DNA from: Vibrio cholerae ATCC 14035
Lineage (GTDB): Bacteria > Pseudomonadota > Gammaproteobacteria > Enterobacterales > Vibrionaceae
Direction of reading: 5' to 3'
NCBI RefSeq assembly: GCF_000621645.1
Contig: NZ_JHXR01000028.1
Location: forward strand, 1 to 32,000
DNA length: 32,000 nucleotides
Made by a program: the position numbers and the translations under genes. Below the pieces are notes generated by a model. That model was not told the origin of the DNA, searched no databases, and saw only the letters and a program-made list of their open reading frames with translations. Positions 16,714 to 25,396 of this stretch are shown piece by piece (positions within the stretch are counted from its first letter, which is position 1; the number at the start of each line of letters is the position of its first letter).

Positions 16714-17660
16714 TTCCACCAACGTCCTGAACGTTCGAGCTCGGGATCGCACAAACGGTTCAATAACGTCAGTTCAGTATCCAAGATAGCCAACGCTTCA
16801 CAAAACGACTGCTGATCTATCTGACTGTCCATGGTGGAATGATTTACCGCTAGGCTATGGTTAACTTGCTCATGGTTAACGTGCTCATGACTAACTTGAC
16901 CATGCTGAATCTGGTAAACCGTGGACTCCACGACGGTTTCAATCACATCGAGCAATGACAGTAATCTGGGCTCTTCACTCATGGTGTGGCGAAGTTCGGC
17001 GATCGCTTTTTGCGCAATCCAATAAGGCTGCTGCTGAACTTGCGTGAGCGACCTTTGGAAAGCGTTTGCCACGACGCCTTCAAGAAAAACACGATAAGTC
17101 GTCAGTTCATCGACCCACAAAAAACGTAAGCCTTGCGGGTTTTGGTGAGGATACGGCACGCAAAGATGAGCCTTAAGATCGCGCGCTATCTCTAACCGGA
17201 CGCCAGACTGCGCACAGCGCTCAATCAACTTACGTAACAAGCCTTGTTCATCCATCAGTTGCTGGATTTCAAAAATTCGTTTGAGGTGATAGTCATTGGA
17301 TACCAAGGTCAAGGCAAGTGTTTCACCGCGCTGCACAACACCACTTTCCAATAATACCTGCGCCACATGCTCAATATTTTCCACTGTGCTGGTGGATTCT
17401 TGCTCAAGCAGTACATCGATTTGTGGGAATGACAGCCCTAATTGTTGGCGACGTTGCTCAAAATACTCATGCATTCGCTTTGCTTCAGACACCGTCTGAC
17501 CGAGAGTAATGCCCCCGCAAAAGACCACTCGTGCCGCCGTATTTTCGTGACACTGTAACGCAGAGATCAATCCATCGACGCGGCTTTTGCCTTCTAATGT
17601 CAGTTGGTTAGCATTAAGACGTTTACCAAGCACCACATAAATCGGACACACTGCTGACAT
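16707..17660 (-). CDS. YdcF/DUF218 (SanA/ElyC-superfamily) domain protein with about 130-aa C-terminal extension
   Basis: 317 aa. DUF218 hallmarks are present (VVFCGG...EAKRM..Y...STSTVENI...LVSNDYHLKR). The C-terminal third has no motif I recognise. Confidence 0.7.
   Translation of the reverse strand: MSAVCPIYVVLGKRLNANQLTLEGKSRVDGLISALQCHENTAARVVFCGGITLGQTVSEAKRMHEYFEQRRQQLGLSFPQIDVLLEQESTSTVENIEHVAQVLLESGVVQRGETLALTLVSNDYHLKRIFEIQQLMDEQGLLRKLIERCAQSGVRLEIARDLKAHLCVPYPHQNPQGLRFLWVDELTTYRVFLEGVVANAFQRSLTQVQQQPYWIAQKAIAELRHTMSEEPRLLSLLDVIETVVESTVYQIQHGQVSHEHVNHEQVNHSLAVNHSTMDSQIDQQSFCEALAILDTELTLLNRLCDPELERSGRWWKR
16856..16900. repeat. Three imperfect in-frame 15-bp tandem repeats inside the YdcF-like CDS
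   Basis: The units are TATGGTTAACTTGCT, CATGGTTAACGTGCT and CATGACTAACTTGAC (13/15 and 10/15 identity). They encode the HEHVNHEQVNH-type pentapeptide repeats. Confidence 0.7.
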
Positions 17661-17878
17661 TCAATCTTGCCTCTCTGACGTTCAGTATTAGAAACCGGTA
17701 TAGGAAAATAAATTCATTCTCCCCTCATCACCGACCAACACCACCCAATCGTTGCGATAGAGAAAATGAGTGCATCACGGATTTTTTCTGCCATAATCGC
17801 GCCCTTATTTTATTAGATGCTGATGTAAACACTTAGTTTAGAGATATACACCAGCTTAATGCAAAGAAACAGACCGAT

Positions 17879-19351
17879 ATGTGGAATAGACTCAATAAAT
17901 CAATGATGTTCTGCCAAATGATGTTTGGCCTCTCGTTCTACGGCGTTATGGTGATCTTAACTCGCTTCTTCTTGGAAGATCTCAACTACAGCGAAGCCGA
18001 TACCATGATGGTCGTGGGTGCATTCTCGTCGATTGGGCCCCTGTTTGCCATCGCCGGAGGCTTTATTGCCGATAAATTTCTCGGTGCGTATCGTTCATTG
18101 GCCATTTCCTACGTAACGTTTGCGATCGGTTACGCTTTATTGGTTTTGGGTGCGTCATCCACCCATGTTCCTTTAAGTCTGGTTGGCATCGCTTTGGCCA
18201 GCTACGCTCGCGGCTTAATGTCACCTTCTTATCCAAGCTTGTACAAACGTACTTTTGCCAGTGAAGAAGATTTCAATAATGGCTATCCCGTAAACTATTC
18301 GGTCAACAACGTCGGCGCACTTTTGGGACAATACCTGTTTCCAATGCTAGTGTTGCTGCTGGGTTTTCACGGCAGCTTCGCGCTTTCTGCATTAATGGCA
18401 ACCTTAGCCACCATCACCCTAGTGGTGATGCGTCGTCCACTGATTGAAGTGGCCAGCGAGAAAGATCAGCAATCCGTCAGCATGGGCAATTGGATAGCGT
18501 TCACCCTACTTTCATTAGCGATGGTTGGGTTGGTTTTCTTCATGTTTTCCAACATGGTGATTGGCCAAAACATCGTGTATGCGATTGGGCTTGCGGCGAT
18601 TGTCTATTTCATCAATTTGATGTTGAAAGCTCGCCGCGCGGAAGCTCTCAAAATGGGCACCATCTTGATTGTGACGGTGCTGACCACCTGCTTCTTTGTG
18701 TATTACGGGCAAATGATGACCTCAATGACCATGGTCACGATTAATACCATGCGCGGCGAGCTGTTTGGCATCATCCCGATTGCGCCGGAAGCCTCGATGG
18801 CCATGAATCCACTCTGGTGTATCGTGGCAGGTCCCGTCATTTCCTATCTGTTTCCTACACTAGAAAAGCGTGGCATTACCTTCTCAACCGCAACCAAAAT
18901 CGCGTTTGCCTTTGTGCTAACCGCTATTTCATTTGGCATTCTGACGTTTGCCGTTTCCACCGTTGGTGAAGAGGCAATTATCCGCCCAGAAGTGTTCTTG
19001 GTGATCCATTTCTTCCAAGCGTTTGCCGAAGTCGTGGTGGGAAGCTTAGTGGTGGCGTTTATTCTGTCCGTTGCCCCCAAGCAGATTGAGAACTTCTCAG
19101 TGAGCTTGTTTTATATTGCGATGGCGCTCAGTGGCATTATTGGCGCGGTGTTCTCGACTTCCATCGCGTTAGAAAAAGGCCAAGTGGTGACGCAGCAGAT
19201 CGTACAGATCATTTACGGCGACTACTTCAAACTGCTAACGGTACTCGCAGTCGTCATGGTGGGTGTGGCTCTGCTTGCATCTGTCCTGATCCGTAAAATG
19301 CTTGCCGCCGCAGATGTGAATTCACCAAGTATCCAAGATAAGCAAGCTTAA
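17879..19351 (+). CDS. POT/PTR2-family proton-dependent di/tripeptide permease
   Basis: 490 aa, polytopic. The N-terminal MMFGLSFYGVMVILTRFF corresponds to the POT ExxERFxYYG-type motif region, and GGFIADKFLG to the second PTR2 signature. An in-frame stop at 17834-17836 limits any 5-prime extension. Confidence 0.8.
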   Translation: MWNRLNKSMMFCQMMFGLSFYGVMVILTRFFLEDLNYSEADTMMVVGAFSSIGPLFAIAGGFIADKFLGAYRSLAISYVTFAIGYALLVLGASSTHVPLSLVGIALASYARGLMSPSYPSLYKRTFASEEDFNNGYPVNYSVNNVGALLGQYLFPMLVLLLGFHGSFALSALMATLATITLVVMRRPLIEVASEKDQQSVSMGNWIAFTLLSLAMVGLVFFMFSNMVIGQNIVYAIGLAAIVYFINLMLKARRAEALKMGTILIVTVLTTCFFVYYGQMMTSMTMVTINTMRGELFGIIPIAPEASMAMNPLWCIVAGPVISYLFPTLEKRGITFSTATKIAFAFVLTAISFGILTFAVSTVGEEAIIRPEVFLVIHFFQAFAEVVVGSLVVAFILSVAPKQIENFSVSLFYIAMALSGIIGAVFSTSIALEKGQVVTQQIVQIIYGDYFKLLTVLAVVMVGVALLASVLIRKMLAAADVNSPSIQDKQA

Positions 19352-19412
19352 CAAGTGGTGAATCAGACCATCGCACAAACCAGAGATGGCAATGCGACTG
19401 CTGATGATTGAT

Positions 19413-19440
19413 GAAATGGCCTGCGGGCCATTTCTTTTAT
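19413..19440 (+). terminator. Rho-independent terminator of the POT gene
   Basis: GAAATGGCC (19413-19421), loop TGCG, GGCCATTTC (19426-19434), followed by TTTTAT. Confidence 0.7.
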
Positions 19441-19450
19441 CCAGTTATTC

Positions 19451-20356
19451 TTATCTGGCGAAGGCAACAACCAACCCTGCCACAATCGCGCTAACGCCGA
19501 GTAAACGAGTTACGTACCAACGCTCTCCAAGAAATGCGATCCCCATAAACAGTCCAAACACGATGCTGGTTTGACGCAGTGCGACAATAAAACTGACGTT
19601 TTCGGTCAACGTCATGGCATAGAGAACCAAGCTATAAGTTCCCCCCATCATCAATCCCGCGAGGGTCGCGGTATAACGAATGCGCCATGCTTCAACAAAT
19701 GGAGCGCGTTGACCAGTGAGCAAATACCAGATCGCCAGTGGTATGCACATTGCCCAAAATTGAATCCCCAAATAAAGCACGGCAGAGTAACTGGCAGGCA
19801 TTTGTGAGCCTACGGTCTGTTCTATGATCGCCAGCGCTTCTTTATCGATAATCGAATATCCCGCCGTGCCTAGCGCTGCGACCAGAGCCCACACAATGCC
19901 GAGGTTGGCATAATCGGCGAAACGGAACTGACGAAATTTTTGCAGCGGGATCATCAAGCAGCCGAGTGTGATCAACGCAAATCCCAGCCACTGGTTAAGC
20001 TGTAAGTCATAGCCCAGCATCACAGTGCCTGCCCCAACCAACAATACGGGCAATCCGCGTGCTAAAGGATAAGCAATGCCGATATCCACTTTGCTGTAAG
20101 CAAAGGCCAGCCCCAGCATGTACACCATTTGGCTCAGCCCACTTACCACCAAGAGTAACCAAAATTGAGTCGGCAGCGTTGACCAACCAATCTTAGTGAA
20201 ATACCACACAATATAAGGCGTGAGGAGCAGTGAGGTCGCTGAAGTGGCACCAAGGAAGAAAGAAGGACCCGAGCTTTGGTAGCGCTTGCCGATGATATTC
20301 CAACCCGCATGCAACAGTGCAGAAAACAGTACTAAGATGATAGGCATAAAAGACAT
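19451..20356 (-). CDS. EamA/DMT-superfamily transporter
   Basis: 301 aa, about 10 predicted TM helices, with two EamA-like halves. Confidence 0.8.
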   Translation of the reverse strand: MSFMPIILVLFSALLHAGWNIIGKRYQSSGPSFFLGATSATSLLLTPYIVWYFTKIGWSTLPTQFWLLLVVSGLSQMVYMLGLAFAYSKVDIGIAYPLARGLPVLLVGAGTVMLGYDLQLNQWLGFALITLGCLMIPLQKFRQFRFADYANLGIVWALVAALGTAGYSIIDKEALAIIEQTVGSQMPASYSAVLYLGIQFWAMCIPLAIWYLLTGQRAPFVEAWRIRYTATLAGLMMGGTYSLVLYAMTLTENVSFIVALRQTSIVFGLFMGIAFLGERWYVTRLLGVSAIVAGLVVAFAR

Positions 20357-20421
20357 ACGACAACCTTGTCAAAAAGCCCAGTCATCGACAGGGCAAGCAA
20401 TCTGCGCTTTCGCGAAATGGA

Positions 20422-21126
20422 TTAACGCTTTAATTCTGCGATGGATTCAATGGTAATGGCATCGTGACGCCAGTATTCAATATCACAATCAATCAACTCG
20501 CCTTTCTGGTTATAGTTGACCCGCTCCACCACCATTGCCGGTGTACCTGACGTTGCGCGCAGGGCTTGAGCCATTTCACCCAGTAACGAGCTGGTGGATA
20601 TACGGTAGTGAATCGTCTGGTATTGTGTCGCATAGTGTTCACGATAGAGATCGGTGAGTGACTGCGACAGATCAAAATCGAGCAGGTTTGGAAACAGCTC
20701 TGGGCGAATGTAGTTGGTGACATACACCACAGGTCGGTTATCCAAATAACGCACACGGTCTACGCGATACACATCCGAAAACGGTTTGAGTTTTAAAAGA
20801 CGAGTCGCCTGCTTGTTGGCGATCACCGCTTTGGCAGACACCAACTCCGTTTTCGGCTGGCGATTTTGCGCCAACGCCATATTAGTAAAGTTGAGCGTTT
20901 GAGTGGGGTCATAGCGTAAAGGCGCGGGCGAAATAAACCAACCGCGGCGATCTTCACGGTAAATCTTTCCTTCAGCTTCGAGCAGGGAAAGCGCCTCACG
21001 CAAGGTGACTCGCGTGGTATCAAATGATTCGGCTAACTTGCGCTCAGCGGGGAGCTTTTGGCGCGGCATCAGCATGCCGGCATCAATCTGCTCTACGATG
21101 GCATCTTTAATTTTTACGTATTGCAC
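20422..21126 (-). CDS. phnR: GntR/HutC-family regulator with UTRA domain (PhnR-type regulator of 2-AEP uptake and catabolism)
   Basis: 234 aa. GntR wHTH (LPAERKLAESFDTTRVTLREALSLLEAEGKIYRE) plus a UTRA-like C-terminal domain. Located in the phnSTU operon context. GTG start at 21126 with an AGGA SD. Confidence 0.75.
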   Translation of the reverse strand: MQYVKIKDAIVEQIDAGMLMPRQKLPAERKLAESFDTTRVTLREALSLLEAEGKIYREDRRGWFISPAPLRYDPTQTLNFTNMALAQNRQPKTELVSAKAVIANKQATRLLKLKPFSDVYRVDRVRYLDNRPVVYVTNYIRPELFPNLLDFDLSQSLTDLYREHYATQYQTIHYRISTSSLLGEMAQALRATSGTPAMVVERVNYNQKGELIDCDIEYWRHDAITIESIAELKR

Positions 21127-21150
21127 TTGCGATCCTATTGCCTCTTTCCA

Positions 21151-22851
21151 CTAACGCTTGCGCCAAGCTTGCAGGCGGCCAAACAATCCAAACTCTAATC
21201 CCACATGCAGCAATTTGGCTAACGCGGCCGAGAGCATAATCATCACCGCCATGGCAGCGGCGGCGCCCGTCTGCCCGGCATCATCCATATTCAATACCGC
21301 AACCGATGCGGGTACGGTGTCGGTTGAGTAGAGGAATACTACCGCAGAAGTGGTGGTTAATGCATTAATAAACAAATAGCTAGCAATGTCCAATACCGCA
21401 GGCAAGGAGACAGGTAACGTCACTTTCCAAAGTAAGCGGTATTGCGGCAGCTTGATGGAGGCCGCCGTCGCCTCCAATTCAGGTGGCAACTGTTTAAGCG
21501 CGGTAACCGCCGTCATATGCCCCACCGTGTAGTAATGCACCACGGTATTGATCACCAAAAGCAGCATGCCACCGTACAAGCCATTGAGCGGATTAGACGC
21601 GTGATTGAAAAAGAAGATGTAACCTAAACCCAGCACTAAGCCGGGAACCGCCATCGGTACCATACTCAGCATCTGCATCGCCTGACGCAGCAGCGCGAAC
21701 ACTCGCCCTTTTTCAATACTGTAAGCGCCGAGAAAAATGATCACCGTCCCACACAGTGCGGTTAAGCTGGCTAGGGTGAGTGAGTTAAAATACGGGCTCC
21801 AACCATAGGCACTGGTTTCGGCAAATTGGTAATGTTTGAGTGTCAGCGCTGTATTCCACGGCCAAAACGTCACCAGTGAGCCGTACACCGCCGTGGCTAA
21901 TACCGCCACAATCGCCACACAAATCAGCACACAATAGAGCAGACATAAACCATCACGCAGCCGATGTGGCGCTGGTTGGTAAGCCACAGAACGGGTATCA
22001 AATAGGCTTTGCTGTTTTTTCTGCACCCAGCGATCGGCAATAAACGCAAACACGGCGGGTAGCAACAGCACAATACTGGTCACCGCGCCCATCGCGAAAT
22101 TTTGCTGCCCCACTACTTGCTTGAAAATGTCCGTTGCAAGCACGTTATAGCTGCCACCAATCACTTTCGGTACGCCGAAATCACACACCACCAAGGTAAA
22201 CACAACGATCAAGGCGCTGATCAACCCATACTTGGCTGCCGGTAGCGTGACAATAAAAAACGTTTTGATGGGGGATGTTTTCAGCGCCCTCGCCGCTTCA
22301 TACAGACGAGCATCTGAGGTGCTCAGCGAGGTGGTCAGAATCATCAAAGCATGCGGAAATGTCCAGAAAATCAACCCGAGCGTAATACCTAAGCCACCAT
22401 AAATGGATTCACCGCCGAGCCAACTCTTGAGCATGCCTTGATTACCAAATAGAAAAATCAGACTGATCGCGGGCAGTAATGAAGGCGCGAGAATCGGCGC
22501 ACTGCCTAACACTCGAAACAGATGTTTTCCCGGCATGCAGGAGCGCGTTAACGCATAGGCGTAACCAAACGCGAGGATACCGACAATCGCCGTCACACTG
22601 ATACCAAGCACTAAGGTGTTGCGCAAAGATTGCCAGAGCGCTGCCGAGGAAAAATATTGGGCGAAGTAAGCGAGCCCGACAAATTCACCCTGCCCATTTT
22701 GCACGCTTTTCAACAACATAGCGGCCAACGGCGCGACAATAAACAACAGCATCAGTGATAGCAGGATCAATAAGGTGGTCGATAAAATTAGGCTATCGCG
22801 GCTCCAATGCGGCAATATCCGCACTGAAAAAGTACGAGCAACATTCAACAT
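21151..22851 (-). CDS. phnU: Fused two-domain ABC permease of the type-2 2-AEP importer (PhnU/PhnV equivalent)
   Basis: 566 aa from the ATG at 22851 (AAGGAGAA SD, which contains the phnT stop codon). About 12 TM helices, duplicated in the manner of the FbpB/ThiP permease architecture. The 26-codon ORF-track extension overlaps phnT and is rejected. Confidence 0.8.
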   Translation of the reverse strand: MLNVARTFSVRILPHWSRDSLILSTTLLILLSLMLLFIVAPLAAMLLKSVQNGQGEFVGLAYFAQYFSSAALWQSLRNTLVLGISVTAIVGILAFGYAYALTRSCMPGKHLFRVLGSAPILAPSLLPAISLIFLFGNQGMLKSWLGGESIYGGLGITLGLIFWTFPHALMILTTSLSTSDARLYEAARALKTSPIKTFFIVTLPAAKYGLISALIVVFTLVVCDFGVPKVIGGSYNVLATDIFKQVVGQQNFAMGAVTSIVLLLPAVFAFIADRWVQKKQQSLFDTRSVAYQPAPHRLRDGLCLLYCVLICVAIVAVLATAVYGSLVTFWPWNTALTLKHYQFAETSAYGWSPYFNSLTLASLTALCGTVIIFLGAYSIEKGRVFALLRQAMQMLSMVPMAVPGLVLGLGYIFFFNHASNPLNGLYGGMLLLVINTVVHYYTVGHMTAVTALKQLPPELEATAASIKLPQYRLLWKVTLPVSLPAVLDIASYLFINALTTTSAVVFLYSTDTVPASVAVLNMDDAGQTGAAAAMAVMIMLSAALAKLLHVGLEFGLFGRLQAWRKR

Positions 22852-22861
22852 ACTCTTCTCC

Positions 22862-24034
22862 TTAAGCCGCATAAGCACAGCTGGCTGTAGCTGCTGGCGT
22901 TGTCGACATGACCTTACGACGGTACGCACGCAACTGCCCTGCTCTCAATGCCAAATATCGAACATCTCCCGCTTTTAAATTCATGGTTTGTACCTGTGTG
23001 ATCGGTAAATCGACATACACGGGCGGAGCCAAACGCTCACCTTGAAACACACATTCGACTCGATAAAACGCGCCAAGAAACTCCAAATGGCGAATGACGA
23101 CTGGAATGGCCTCGTTGTAGCGCGTAACCAGCTCTAGATTTTCAGGGCGCACAGCCAAATCAAATTGTTCACCTTGGCAAGGCGTATAATTTTCGATTTT
23201 GGGCAAAGCAATAAGGGATTCAGCAATACGCAGTTGCTGGGAACTCGCCATGGAAACGGGAATAAAATTCATCGTGCCAACAAACTCAGCCACAAAACGG
23301 CTGGCGGGCTTTTGGTAGATCTCTTGCGGCGTACCAACTTGCTCAATCACCCCGTGGTTCATCACCACAATGCGATCCGCCATGGTTAACGCTTCTTCTT
23401 GATCATGCGTGACCATGATGGTGGTAATGCCCAATTTACGTTGCAGTTGGCAAATTTCTTCGCGCAAATGCGTTCTTACCTTGGCATCGAGAGCGGAAAG
23501 CGGTTCATCAAGCAGTAATAACCCCGGCGATAATGCCAAAGCACGCGCTAACGCGACCCGCTGCTGCTGACCGCCAGAGAGCTGGCTTGGGTATTTTTGT
23601 GCCGATGTGGCGAGCCCGATCATCTCCAACCACTGCTCCACTTTCTCTAACGCATCACGGACTGACATGCCTTGATTACGCAAACCGATGGCGATGTTTT
23701 CTTCCACCGTTAAATTGGGAAATAGAGCATAAGATTGGAACACGATGCCGAAATCACGCTGCTCGGGTGGTAAAAAAGTAATCGCTTGCTGGTTTTGGTG
23801 GATGGTGCCAGAGGTGGGAAGATCTAACCCTGCGATGGCGCGCAACAAGGTGGTTTTGCCACAGCCAGAAGGGCCAAGAAAGCAGACAAACTCGCCTTTT
23901 TCAATCGATAAACTGATCTCTTTCAACGCGGTAAATGAGCCAAACTGTTTTACCACATGACGAATATCGAGGTAGCTTCTGCTGATCGCTTGTGGTCGAT
24001 CGTGCTGCTGTAAATTAGGATGATGCATGGTCAT
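22862..24034 (-). CDS. phnT: ABC transporter ATP-binding protein of the 2-AEP importer
   Basis: Walker A GPSGCGKT, signature LSGGQQQRV, Walker B LLLLDEP, plus a C-terminal TOBE-like region. The ATG at 24034 is preceded by AAAGGTGA. Confidence 0.85.
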   Translation of the reverse strand: MTMHHPNLQQHDRPQAISRSYLDIRHVVKQFGSFTALKEISLSIEKGEFVCFLGPSGCGKTTLLRAIAGLDLPTSGTIHQNQQAITFLPPEQRDFGIVFQSYALFPNLTVEENIAIGLRNQGMSVRDALEKVEQWLEMIGLATSAQKYPSQLSGGQQQRVALARALALSPGLLLLDEPLSALDAKVRTHLREEICQLQRKLGITTIMVTHDQEEALTMADRIVVMNHGVIEQVGTPQEIYQKPASRFVAEFVGTMNFIPVSMASSQQLRIAESLIALPKIENYTPCQGEQFDLAVRPENLELVTRYNEAIPVVIRHLEFLGAFYRVECVFQGERLAPPVYVDLPITQVQTMNLKAGDVRYLALRAGQLRAYRRKVMSTTPAATASCAYAA

Positions 24035-24050
24035 AAAAGTCACCTTTAAT

Positions 24051-24066
24051 TTGGTATAGTCCAAAA
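24051..24066. promoter_or_regulatory. Candidate PhnR (HutC-type) operator, copy A: TTGGTATAGTCCAAAA
   Basis: 16/16 identical to 25397-25412. Contains the imperfect palindrome TGGTA-TA-GTCCA. Lies 16 nt upstream of the phnT ATG and downstream of the phnS terminator. Confidence 0.55.
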
Positions 24067-24134
24067 TTAACAAGGCTTTATTGCAATGCAGTGACAGTTT
24101 TATCGCTGATGCGTGACCATCTGATGACAGTTAG

Positions 24135-24160
24135 GTAAAAAGGAGGCTTTCGCCTCCTTT
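24135..24160 (-). terminator. Intra-operon rho-independent terminator/attenuator after phnS
   Basis: On the minus strand: AAAGGAGGC, loop GAAA, GCCTCCTTT, running into TTTTTAC. Begins 11 nt after the phnS stop. Confidence 0.7.
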
Positions 24161-24170
24161 GATGAACAAG

Positions 24171-25178
24171 TTAAGATTTGGGTTCCGATTTAGCATCAAA
24201 CTTTTCAGACCAGGTTTGCAGCACGCGGGCACGATCGACGCCCATTTGCGTGAAGTCCATCTTCGCCATCACTTTTTCAACATTCGGATAATTCGGCACT
24301 TGCTTGCTGACGTCCTGATGGCCAACGATAGGATAGCTCTCAATATACAGCTCATTTGCCGCTTTCGAGACAGACCAATCGACCACACGCTTTGCCGCAT
24401 CACTTTCTTTGACGAGCCCTACCGCTTCGGATTCCCAGCCAATACCGTTTGGTACAATCACATCCAACGGTGCGCCTTGGGTTTTGAGTTTTGCGCCACG
24501 CGTTGCCATTGATATGCCGATCGCAACCTCTCCCATCCCCGCTTGAACACAAGGTTTTGAGCCAGAATGTGTGTAATGGGCAATATTTTGATCAAGGCGT
24601 TGCATGTAATCCCACGCTTTATCTTCGCCCATGTTTTGCAGCCATGCGGAAACTTGCATGTACCCCGTGCCGGAAGATGCAGGGTTAGGCATCGCAATGT
24701 GGCCTTTGTAGACAGGGTTAGTCAAATCTTCCCAACTCTGTGGCTTAGGTAAATTCAGCTGTTTTGCCACCGCTTCGTTAAAGCATACCGCGTTAAAAAA
24801 AGCATCGTTGCCATACCAAGCTTGCTGAGCCTGCGGATCGTTCAAATTAGCTCGTAACTCGTTCGCTCCTTTGGGTGTGTAAGGTTTTAGCACTCCTTGA
24901 TCTTTGAGGAGAGCCATTGAAGATCCAGCCAATCCCCACACCACTTCTGCACGTGGGTTGTCTTTTTCAGCCAGCAGTTTGGCCGTCATGATCCCAGTTG
25001 AATCGCGCACCCACTTAATCTCAATATCTGGGTTCTCTTTTTCAAAAGCGCTTTTGTATTTCGCCAGCAGATCGGTTTCAAATGCGGTATACACCGTGAC
25101 TTCTTGTCCCGCAAACGCATGAGCAGACATAAGTGCTGCGATCGCTGTTAAGGTTCCTTTCAATATACGCTTGTTCAT
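24171..25178 (-). CDS. phnS: Periplasmic 2-AEP-binding protein (Fbp/iron(III)-like SBP fold)
   Basis: About 335 aa. Signal peptide MNKRILKGTLTAIAALMSAHAFA. GGAGAGG SD. The start is ATG 25178 or 25181 (the ORF-track start at 25190 is TTG). The assignment rests on operon context with phnT/U/R and the divergent phnW. Confidence 0.8.
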   Translation of the reverse strand: MNKRILKGTLTAIAALMSAHAFAGQEVTVYTAFETDLLAKYKSAFEKENPDIEIKWVRDSTGIMTAKLLAEKDNPRAEVVWGLAGSSMALLKDQGVLKPYTPKGANELRANLNDPQAQQAWYGNDAFFNAVCFNEAVAKQLNLPKPQSWEDLTNPVYKGHIAMPNPASSGTGYMQVSAWLQNMGEDKAWDYMQRLDQNIAHYTHSGSKPCVQAGMGEVAIGISMATRGAKLKTQGAPLDVIVPNGIGWESEAVGLVKESDAAKRVVDWSVSKAANELYIESYPIVGHQDVSKQVPNYPNVEKVMAKMDFTQMGVDRARVLQTWSEKFDAKSEPKS

Positions 25179-25200
25179 CATCCTCTCCAATTGATTGAAT

Positions 25201-25216
25201 TTGGTATGTACCAGAA
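25201..25216. promoter_or_regulatory. Candidate PhnR (HutC-type) operator, copy B: TTGGTATGTACCAGAA
   Basis: Contains TGGTA-TG-TACCA with perfect 5-bp inverted arms. Lies 22 nt upstream of the phnS start. Shares ATTTGGTAT with copies A and C. Confidence 0.55.
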
Positions 25217-25320
25217 TTGTTATTTACCCTACCCAGTCTATGTGACGATTCGATGAAGAAAAATTGGCAGTTTCACGACGTTTTTAGGTTCTTTTTATGC
25301 CATTTTTCCGGCATGTGCGG

Positions 25321-25338
25321 TTATGAAACTTTTATGAA
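25321..25338 (-). promoter_or_regulatory. Pho-box-like element (two 7-bp direct repeats at 11-bp spacing)
   Basis: The plus strand reads TTATGAA-ACTT-TTATGAA. The minus strand reads ATTTCAT-AAAA-GTTTCAT, against the E. coli Pho-box CTGTCAT-AAAA-CTGTCAT (5/7 + 4/4 + 5/7). No well-placed -10 hexamer: AAAAAT lies 13 nt downstream, where about 10 nt is expected. Confidence 0.3.
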
Positions 25339-25396
25339 ATTCGCCTTCGAAGGGTTTACCGCGTGCGTTTCTCGTTGTTAGATAGCGTTAAATTTA

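Noticed and set aside
16727-17686. Extra occurrences of the TetR-operator-like string (CTGAACGTTC at 16727-16736 inside the YdcF-like CDS; CTGACGTTCAG at 17676-17686 upstream of it)
   Set aside because: One copy is intragenic and the other has a deleted base that breaks the palindrome. With only a 10-11-nt match I cannot distinguish this from chance, so I do not claim cross-regulation. It would be worth including if the TetR operator is tested experimentally.
22852-22929. Extended start of the fused permease overlapping the 3-prime end of phnT
   Set aside because: The ATG at 22851 has an AAGGAGAA SD that contains the phnT stop codon. The extension would overlap phnT by 68 nt and encodes a non-membrane, Arg-rich sequence.
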